Source: Candidatus Babelota bacterium
Lineage (GTDB): Bacteria; Babelota; Babeliae; Babelales; Vermiphilaceae
Length of the DNA stretch: 32,000 bases
Assembly (NCBI GenBank): GCA_039809905.1
Contig: JBDHVY010000001.1
Span: forward strand, 1,196,745-1,228,744
Direction: 5' to 3'
Under the pieces are notes generated by a model. The model saw only the letters and a list, made by a program, of their open reading frames with translations. It was not told the origin of the DNA and searched no databases. This document shows, in pieces, positions 8,862-15,964 of this stretch. Numbering within the stretch: position 1 is the first letter of the stretch; every line of letters begins with the position of its first letter. A program made the position numbers and the translations under genes.

Positions 8862-10421
8862 ATGATAGACATGTCATTATTATTCATAGGCGCTGTTGGA
8901 AGCGTTTTTGTTGTTGCTTTAGTTTTCTTGTATTTCGCCTATAAAAAAAATATAGCTGCATCTGAATTTCTCAATGATGCTAAAGATCGTTTAAAAAATT
9001 CAAAACGTGATATTGATACTGAAAAACAATCAGCTTTAATTAAAATTAAAGATGAGATGTATCACAAAAGAAAAGAATTTGAATTAGAACTTAAGCGTGA
9101 ACGGATTGAGATCGATCGACTTCAAACAAAACTTGGTACAAAATCCGAACATTTGGAAAAGCGTGAAGCTCAATTAGATGATCTGCGCCTTGAATTACAA
9201 CAAAAAGAGCGCAATTTGTCTCGTCTTGAAGATGCTGTTCGCATCAATGACTCTAAAGTAAAAAGTTTATATAGCGAACTTATATCAAAGTTGGAACACG
9301 TCAGCGGAATGTCAAAAGATGATGCAAAAAATGCATTATTTGGCACTATTGAAGCTGAAGTTCGTCTTGCAAGTCAGAAATATGTACAAAAGGTTGAAGA
9401 AGAAGCTCGCCAGACAGCAAAAGAAAAATCAACCAATATCTTAGTAAATGCTATGCAGCGATATACTGCTGATCTTGTTGCTCCCTATTTATCAGGTATT
9501 GTCCATCTTCCTAATGAAGAAATGAAAGGAAGAATTATTGGTAAAGAGGGCAGAAACATTAAGGCTCTTGAAATGGCAACAGGTATGGAATTCATTATTG
9601 GTGAATCGCCTGATATTACAGTATCTGGTTTTAATCCTATTCGCCGAGAAGTTGCGGTACGTACATTAGAAAAATTAATTACTGATGGCAGAATTAACCC
9701 AACACGTATTGAAGAAACCGTTGTTCAATGCGAAAAAGAAATTGAAGAAATTATCCAAGAGTATGGTAAGAATGCAGTTCTTGAGTTTAACTTACAAGGC
9801 ATTCATCCAGAAATTATCACGCTCATTGGTAAATTGCACTTTAGAACAAGCTATTCACAGAATGTGTTGGTGCATTGCAAAGAAGTTGGTGTATTTGCGC
9901 GTATGATAGCGGAAGAACTTGGTCTTGATGGTGCGCTCGCATTACGAGCTGGTTTGCTGCATGATATTGGCAAAGCAGTTACTGCTGAAATAGAAGGCCC
10001 ACATGCTTCTATTGGTGCTGATATTGCAAAACGCTGTGGCGAAAACCCAATAGTCGTTAATGCTATTGCAGCCCATCATGAAGAAGTACCATTTACTTCA
10101 ATTTATGCAATTATTGTGGTTATTGCCGATACTATTTCAGCATCTCGTCCAGGAGCTCGCAGAGAAACGCTTACGGCATATATTAAGCGTTTAGAAAAGC
10201 TTGAAGAAATAGCATCTTCCTTTGATGGAGTTAAAAAAGTATATGCGGTACAAGCTGGACGTGAAATACGCGTTATTGTAGAAGAAGACAGTCTTAACGA
10301 TGAACAAGCGAACTTGCTCGCTCATAATCTTGCTCGTAGAATTGAACAAGAAATGACATTCCCGGGTCAGATTAAAGTAAACGTAATTCGTGAAAAGCGT
10401 TCGATTGAATATGCGAGATAA
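8862..10421 (+). CDS. rny: Ribonuclease Y
   Basis: N-terminal TM helix, long coiled coil, KH domain (GRIIGKEGRNIKALE) and HD domain (LLHDIGKA...AHHE), ending IEYAR. The start is ambiguous between 8841 and 8880. Confidence 0.95.
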   Translation: MIDMSLLFIGAVGSVFVVALVFLYFAYKKNIAASEFLNDAKDRLKNSKRDIDTEKQSALIKIKDEMYHKRKEFELELKRERIEIDRLQTKLGTKSEHLEKREAQLDDLRLELQQKERNLSRLEDAVRINDSKVKSLYSELISKLEHVSGMSKDDAKNALFGTIEAEVRLASQKYVQKVEEEARQTAKEKSTNILVNAMQRYTADLVAPYLSGIVHLPNEEMKGRIIGKEGRNIKALEMATGMEFIIGESPDITVSGFNPIRREVAVRTLEKLITDGRINPTRIEETVVQCEKEIEEIIQEYGKNAVLEFNLQGIHPEIITLIGKLHFRTSYSQNVLVHCKEVGVFARMIAEELGLDGALALRAGLLHDIGKAVTAEIEGPHASIGADIAKRCGENPIVVNAIAAHHEEVPFTSIYAIIVVIADTISASRPGARRETLTAYIKRLEKLEEIASSFDGVKKVYAVQAGREIRVIVEEDSLNDEQANLLAHNLARRIEQEMTFPGQIKVNVIREKRSIEYAR

Positions 10422-10437
10422 ATTAGATTAAAAAAAA

Positions 10438-10474
10438 GCGCAACAATAATAAACTTATTGTTGCGCTTTTTTTT
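10438..10474 (+). terminator. Rho-independent terminator after rny
   Basis: GCGCAACAATAA/TTATTGTTGCGC 12-bp stem followed by T8. An A-run upstream makes it potentially bidirectional. Confidence 0.8.
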
Positions 10475-10532
10475 AATCTAAAAAAGGATAGTAGTATGAA
10501 AAAATTCATTAAAGCCATAAAAAGGAAAAGCT

Positions 10533-11243
10533 ATGTTAGCTAAAAAAGATGTATTGCTCTATACAATGCTTACACTTGGATGTTCTCAATTAATGCACAG
10601 TATGGATGATAAAGAAGAATGTAGAAAACTATCAATTAGAGCCCATAATTTAGAAAGAGAGTATGATTTAGCAGCTCATTTCAGATCAGGCTTTATACTA
10701 GGTACCCTCAAAGCAGCAGAAGAGAGAGATGCTGATGAAGCTACCGGTATTAAGTGGAACTCATTGGATATCTATGATTCAGGTGCACCAAAAAGCAAGC
10801 CTCTCAATATTATCCATGAATCAATACAAAAAAGACTAGATCAAAATCATAAAGAACTGCAAGAAGATTTATCTTGCTGTCAGCAATGGAGTAGAGAAAG
10901 AGATGAGGCTTTTTCTCGATATCACTCTTCAAATGCTCAAATAGTCTTTGGAGCAGGCCATTGGATGAGTGATTTAGCAAAACTTCACTACATTTGTGGA
11001 GACCATTTGTATCAGGAGCGCAAAAAAATTATTATAAAAATGATTTTTGAGGGCATTGATCCAAATCAAATAGAATATGGTTTTTATACTGCGCTTGCTG
11101 AAAGTTTGGACTATGAAGATACTGATTTTGCTTACTTTTTGTTAAGAAATGGAGCTGTTTTTAATGCAAAAACTATTGAAAAAGCTCAAAGAAAACCAGC
11201 ATTTAAAGAACTTGTTTTATCTTATAAAAATCAAACAAAATAG
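10533..11243 (+). CDS. Hypothetical secreted protein with one ankyrin-like C-terminal motif
   Basis: N-terminal hydrophobic signal-like segment (VLLYTMLTLGCSQL) and a C-terminal FAYFLLRNGAVFNAK ankyrin-like helix pair. Good A-rich GGA RBS. Confidence 0.5.
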   Translation: MLAKKDVLLYTMLTLGCSQLMHSMDDKEECRKLSIRAHNLEREYDLAAHFRSGFILGTLKAAEERDADEATGIKWNSLDIYDSGAPKSKPLNIIHESIQKRLDQNHKELQEDLSCCQQWSRERDEAFSRYHSSNAQIVFGAGHWMSDLAKLHYICGDHLYQERKKIIIKMIFEGIDPNQIEYGFYTALAESLDYEDTDFAYFLLRNGAVFNAKTIEKAQRKPAFKELVLSYKNQTK

Positions 11244-11257
11244 ATGGAGTCTAATAT

Positions 11258-11527
11258 ATGAAAAAATGCCTTATGTTACTCGTGTTTATCGGCTGTAACC
11301 TTCAGGGAATGGAATCAGATATATCACCAAAAGCAAGCTCAACTACGGTAAAATCCAATAGCCCTTATATTTTAACAAGAAAAAGAACAGGGTCTCAGTT
11401 AATGGGATGCGTTGCTGTTTCTAATAAAAGACAATCTTTTACGGCATTACGATCTCCTAATATAGACATAAAATCACGAGAACAATTCGAGTTGATAACC
11501 CATAAGAGGTCTATCATCCTTTCATAA
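11258..11527 (+). CDS. Small hypothetical secreted protein (89 aa)
   Basis: Signal peptide MKKCLMLLVFIGCNLQG and a GGAG RBS, lying 14 nt after the preceding stop. Confidence 0.45.
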   Translation: MKKCLMLLVFIGCNLQGMESDISPKASSTTVKSNSPYILTRKRTGSQLMGCVAVSNKRQSFTALRSPNIDIKSREQFELITHKRSIILS

Positions 11528-11548
11528 AGATTGGTATTTTTTTATATC

Positions 11549-11575
11549 GAAAAACGTTCAATTGAATATGCAAGA
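11549..11575 (+). repeat. Displaced copy of the rny 3' coding end (partner at 10392-10418)
   Basis: 24/27 nt identical to the rny end. All three differences are G>A at third codon positions, so the copy still encodes EKRSIEYAR, followed by CAT TAA. Confidence 0.8.
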
Positions 11576-12764
11576 CATTAAAATTTTTGGATCAACTATG
11601 AATAGCTCAAAGCAATTTATTTATATGTATCTTTTTGCAATCTCTCTTGTCTGTAATGCAGCAGATAAAAAATTGATTGATTATAAATCTGTATCATTTA
11701 ATAGTCAAATAGTAAAACAGCTAAATTCTCTATTGTATAGAACAGATAAAGATTTTATTATAGCGGGAAATACGGGATTTGAGATACAACGAAGTGATTA
11801 CATCAAGCACAATAGCTATAAAAAATCTCCTGGAAGCTGGAATTTATTAAAAGATGCTAAAAAAATCGTTGCTTTTAATGAAAAAGGTATAATTATCACA
11901 AAGTTACATATTAAGCCTGAACTAAAAAATAGGTCTGGGGTTGCTATTCAATCATACCAAGATGATGAGATAACGATATCTATGAAACAAGAAAATATCA
12001 AATGTATTGCCCTTGATTCAGATAAAAATACCATTTTCATTGGTTACAATTGTTTAAGCTGCAATAGTGGAATAAGGCAGTATTGTTATGATTCTCATTC
12101 ATATAAGAATTTTGAGCTTGATCATAAAGTGCAATGCGTCTCTATAGATCTGTCTCCGAAAAAGGACATTCTATGTTTATTAGATTCTCACGACACTATT
12201 TCTTTTCGAAAAACAGATAGTCTAGCCTCAGTATTTAAAAAAACTAGGCTTTCCCTTCTAGATATTTACTTGTCATGTAGATTTAGTCCCGATGGCCTTA
12301 CGCTTGCTGTGGATGGGGAACAATCTATCCATATAATAGATGGATATGCTGAGCAAAATGAGTTTGGCTCTATTTCAGAAGAATTGGAGTTTTATGCTTT
12401 AAGCGATGTTGAAAGAATCAAGGCTATAGCTTTTCATCCTTGTGGATTACTTGCGGCATTAATATCGAATGGCTTTAACAGTTCTTTGATAAAGTATTGG
12501 AACACAAGAACAATGCAAGCAATAGATACAACAACTTTACCTGGAATAAGGGGACGTAACTTTTGCTTTTCAGATGACGGATTAGAAGTAGCTATGATAT
12601 CAAACAGAGACTGTATCAGAGGACCAATTTCTCCTCAGGTAATCAGGCAATACATATTATTACCTTTATGGATGAAGCTTAAACAGATGCAAGCAACAGG
12701 TAATATACCGCAAGATATTCTTGTACATTGTATGAATGTTTTTACAGCATATTGTAGTAAATAA
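11568..12764 (+). CDS. Secreted WD40-like beta-propeller protein
   Basis: Signal-like FIYMYLFAISLVCNA and repeated blade-like segments (CRFSPDGLTLAVDGEQSIHIID, IAFHPCGLLAALIS...IKYWNTRT, FCFSDDGLEVAMIS). ATG 11598 is an alternative start, because 11562 and 11568 lie inside the rny-end copy. Confidence 0.5.
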   Translation: MQDIKIFGSTMNSSKQFIYMYLFAISLVCNAADKKLIDYKSVSFNSQIVKQLNSLLYRTDKDFIIAGNTGFEIQRSDYIKHNSYKKSPGSWNLLKDAKKIVAFNEKGIIITKLHIKPELKNRSGVAIQSYQDDEITISMKQENIKCIALDSDKNTIFIGYNCLSCNSGIRQYCYDSHSYKNFELDHKVQCVSIDLSPKKDILCLLDSHDTISFRKTDSLASVFKKTRLSLLDIYLSCRFSPDGLTLAVDGEQSIHIIDGYAEQNEFGSISEELEFYALSDVERIKAIAFHPCGLLAALISNGFNSSLIKYWNTRTMQAIDTTTLPGIRGRNFCFSDDGLEVAMISNRDCIRGPISPQVIRQYILLPLWMKLKQMQATGNIPQDILVHCMNVFTAYCSK

Positions 12765-12772
12765 AATTAAGC

Positions 12773-14101
12773 ATGAGAGATAAAAAAAGTATTGGACTTG
12801 ATATGATCAGATATATAACAAATATGGCTTTATATGTTCATTTCACATTTTTTACTACTATTTTACTTTCACTTTTTTTACATCACAATATCTTTTGTAT
12901 GGATTATGAAGAAACAACTAAAAAATTGATACAAGCGGCATCAACTAATAACAAATCTTTATTTCAATATACTTGGAGTAAGGTTGCTGAAGATCGTGAA
13001 TTTGAGCATTTGAAAAAGAATGTTTTAACCACCAAAGATCCTGAAGTTGTTAGAGCTGCTCAAAAACATAATGAAACTATTGCATTGATTGCAGTTCCTC
13101 GAGAGCTATCAGATAATATTTTTCATAATATTGTTGATATCAGCCAATCCATTGATAAAAATATCAAAAACATTCTTGCTCTGACTGCTACTTGTACTAA
13201 TTTTGACAAACGACTTGAGCATTTTGGCTTGTTATTAAAATCGTATAGCAATGAATCAAAAAGAAAAAGTCTTGTTAGGGCATTGCGTTACTATCCGCTT
13301 CCTGTAAGAAGAGGCTTTTTACTTATGATTTGTTCAGGAATAAATTCTAATCATCAACAATGCGTAGACCTTCTTGAAAGGGCAATTCGTAACCAAGATG
13401 TTCGCATGACGAATTTATTATTTAAAAATGGAACAAATCCTGATTTAATCTGTAAATATTTAGATATTCCACATTTTTTTAAGGTTAGTACATCTGAAAT
13501 GGCAGCTGTTTTTGCAAACAATAATGCTCATCTTAATATTGCAACAAAAATATTTCCGAACGTTCTATATTATTGTTTTAAACATCATTACTGGTCATCT
13601 AATTTTGATAAAATAATAGAATTTTATCTTAGTAAAGAAGTTAATCCAGGATTATTGAATGTTAATAATGGTCAATGTTTACTTCATGAAATAGTAAAGC
13701 AATTTTCCGTAACACGATATGAAACCACAAAAAAGCCTTACATTAAAGCAATGCAGCACATACTGAATGCTACTAAAAATCAAATCAATACCATAGATAA
13801 TAAAGGCAATACGCCGCTTGATATTCTTATCAAGAAAATGCCTAAGGAAAAATTAAAATATGGTGATTATAAAAAAGACATTTTATCTATAATTTTTTTA
13901 TTGAGACTTAACGGTGCACAAACGGCTCAAGAATTAAAAGAAATAGAAGCTGAAAAGCTTGTAAAAACATCTTTATTTAAACGATGTGTACTATGTTCAG
14001 AAGAACAAGTATGGAAAGGTCCATGCAAAGATAAACACTTAGAAAAAATATATGTTCCCTGTTTTTGCTTAGCCAAAAATATAGAAAAATGGAGAGATTA
14101 G
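12773..14101 (+). CDS. Ankyrin-repeat protein with an F-box-like motif and a Cys-rich C-terminus
   Basis: N-terminal TM or signal. VPRELSDNIFHNIV...NILALTATCTNFDKRL resembles the F-box pattern LPxEilxxIfxxL...l.lVck.W. ANK-like units are LLERAIRNQDVRMTNLLFKNGTNPD and DNKGNTPLDILIKK. The C-terminus has a CVLC...C..H...CFC cluster. Confidence 0.5.
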   Translation: MRDKKSIGLDMIRYITNMALYVHFTFFTTILLSLFLHHNIFCMDYEETTKKLIQAASTNNKSLFQYTWSKVAEDREFEHLKKNVLTTKDPEVVRAAQKHNETIALIAVPRELSDNIFHNIVDISQSIDKNIKNILALTATCTNFDKRLEHFGLLLKSYSNESKRKSLVRALRYYPLPVRRGFLLMICSGINSNHQQCVDLLERAIRNQDVRMTNLLFKNGTNPDLICKYLDIPHFFKVSTSEMAAVFANNNAHLNIATKIFPNVLYYCFKHHYWSSNFDKIIEFYLSKEVNPGLLNVNNGQCLLHEIVKQFSVTRYETTKKPYIKAMQHILNATKNQINTIDNKGNTPLDILIKKMPKEKLKYGDYKKDILSIIFLLRLNGAQTAQELKEIEAEKLVKTSLFKRCVLCSEEQVWKGPCKDKHLEKIYVPCFCLAKNIEKWRD

Positions 14102-14200
14102 CATTGTTAGGATAAGTAATTTTATTAATAGCTTAATTATGGCAATTGATTTGGTGATTATGTTAAATTATCAGATAACAGATGAAGAGTTTCATCGCGT

Positions 14201-14926
14201 ATGAATTTCCGCAACACGTATGGATTAGAGCTTATGAAACAGGTATTTGCATTGCTTGATCCTATTTTAGAAAAACTAATACCAGAATTTAGGCAAGAGC
14301 TTCATAAAGCCCAACAAGAGCGTTTAAAAGTTGATAATAACCCAAAAGCTTATTGGAAAGATCAAAGAAATAGAGAATTATATCTCACAAGAAAATTCGA
14401 TCCGTCACGAGAACATTTTCTTTATGAAAAAGATGATCGTTTCAATGATGAGGTTGCTTTCCATATGTATCAAAAACGGGAATGGTTTAACAAAGATTTT
14501 GATGAGAAGGAATATCAGGAATGGCTGAAAAATCCAAGAATTTTTACCTTTAAAAACCCATCTCAAAACACTGAAGAAACAACAAACAAATGGGAGGAAT
14601 TTATGTCTAAATTCGGATCAAAAGCATCATCGCCTGGATCTGATTTTAAATTTGGTTCTGAACCCAAAGAAAAACCTAAACAAACGAGAGTTCAATCGCC
14701 GGAAGAAATAAATCTCAGAAAGGCCTTGAAGGTATTATTACCCGACCTAAAGCCAGAAGATGACGTTGCACAAGCATTCCGAAAATGTTCTATGCGATAC
14801 CATCCCGATAAAATAAATGTATTAATACGAAATGGTCAACTAACAGAGAACGTAGGTAAGGAAAAGAAGGTCGAATATCAAGATGTTGTAGCTGCATGGA
14901 ATATCTATAATGAAAGCAAACAATAA
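14201..14926 (+). CDS. J-domain (DnaJ-like) protein
   Basis: C-terminal LRKALKVLLPDLKPEDDVAQAFRKCSMRYHPDK...VVAAWNIYNE contains the HPD tripeptide and J-domain helix pattern. No Gly/Phe or zinc-finger regions of canonical DnaJ. Confidence 0.55.
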   Translation: MNFRNTYGLELMKQVFALLDPILEKLIPEFRQELHKAQQERLKVDNNPKAYWKDQRNRELYLTRKFDPSREHFLYEKDDRFNDEVAFHMYQKREWFNKDFDEKEYQEWLKNPRIFTFKNPSQNTEETTNKWEEFMSKFGSKASSPGSDFKFGSEPKEKPKQTRVQSPEEINLRKALKVLLPDLKPEDDVAQAFRKCSMRYHPDKINVLIRNGQLTENVGKEKKVEYQDVVAAWNIYNESKQ

Positions 14927-15040
14927 CCGCTAATAATGTAACAAAAAAACCAGCTTCAACGCTGATCGACGTTTCTCTCATTTTTTGTTAAGATATTTTA
15001 TATTACTTACTAAGTTTATAAAAATTATAAAAAGATAATT

Positions 15041-15862
15041 ATGAATACAATCCGAGTTTTAATGATTGGTGATGTTGTTGGCGCTGCTGGCAGGGCGATA
15101 TTTCAGAAACACATTGATAAAGTAAAACGAACACATAATATCAATGCTGTTATTGTTAATGGCGAAAATTGTGCGCATGGGCGTGGTATCACTACCAAAA
15201 ATATGCGCTTTTTTGAACATAATGGTGTTGATGTTGTAACAAGCGGTAATCATATCTGGAAACACAAAGAGATTTATTCCTATCTTGATGAACATAGCAA
15301 TTTATTGCGGCCCGCAAACTTTCCTGCTGCCACACCGGGCGTAGGAGTAACTACTTTTATGGTGCAAGGACATCGTATTGGGGTTGTTAATTTGCAAGGA
15401 CGTGTTTTTATGAAAGAACTCATCGATTGTCCTTTTTATAAAGCTGATGCGATTATTAACCAGCTCAAAGAAAAAACGAATATTATTGTCGTAGATTTTC
15501 ATGCAGAAGCAACATCGGAAAAAATGGCTATGTCTTTTTTTCTTGATGGCAGAGTAAGTGCAGTTGTAGGTACTCATACACACGTGCAAACTGCTGATGA
15601 ACGGATTTTACCTGGGGGAACTGCTCACATTACCGATCTGGGTATGTCAGGATCATTCAATTCAATGCTTGGTATGAAAAAAGAACCTATTATTCATAAC
15701 TTTTTAACAGCATTGCCCGTGCGTTTTACTCCTGATAATGCAACTCCAATTGTTATGTCTGGCGCGTGGATAGAGATTGATACTCAAACGGGAAAAGCTA
15801 TCAAAATTGAACGCGTGATGATTATTGATAATGATTTGGTTGTTGGTGGAGAAGATGATTAG
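15041..15862 (+). CDS. ymdB: YmdB-family metallophosphoesterase (2',3'-cyclic-nucleotide phosphodiesterase, TIGR00282-like)
   Basis: IRVLMIGDVVGAAGR, VIVNGENCAHGRGIT, VVTSGNHIW, DFHAEATSEK and GTHTHVQTADERIL metallophosphoesterase motifs in YmdB order. Confidence 0.88.
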   Translation: MNTIRVLMIGDVVGAAGRAIFQKHIDKVKRTHNINAVIVNGENCAHGRGITTKNMRFFEHNGVDVVTSGNHIWKHKEIYSYLDEHSNLLRPANFPAATPGVGVTTFMVQGHRIGVVNLQGRVFMKELIDCPFYKADAIINQLKEKTNIIVVDFHAEATSEKMAMSFFLDGRVSAVVGTHTHVQTADERILPGGTAHITDLGMSGSFNSMLGMKKEPIIHNFLTALPVRFTPDNATPIVMSGAWIEIDTQTGKAIKIERVMIIDNDLVVGGEDD

Positions 15863-15964
15863 AATAACAGCTATTTTTTTATCTTTTTTTTGTATGAGCC
15901 ATTATTTTGTATGGATTCTACCCACAAAGACAAGAACAATCTTGATAAAGTATGTTAAATTTGT

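Noticed and set aside
10496-10543. 15-codon upstream ORF (MKKFIKAIKRKSYVS) overlapping the ATG of the 10533 gene
   Set aside because: It has a plausible RBS (AAAGGA) but is very short and A-rich, so it is easily produced by chance in this composition. No attenuator-type alternative structures are evident.
14955-14990. Possible third, inverted rny-end-like fragment at the right edge of the accessory block (reverse complement GAGAAACGTCGATCAGCGTTGAAG)
   Set aside because: It aligns to the rny end only with several gaps and mismatches, preserves no reading frame, and is not distinguishable from chance.
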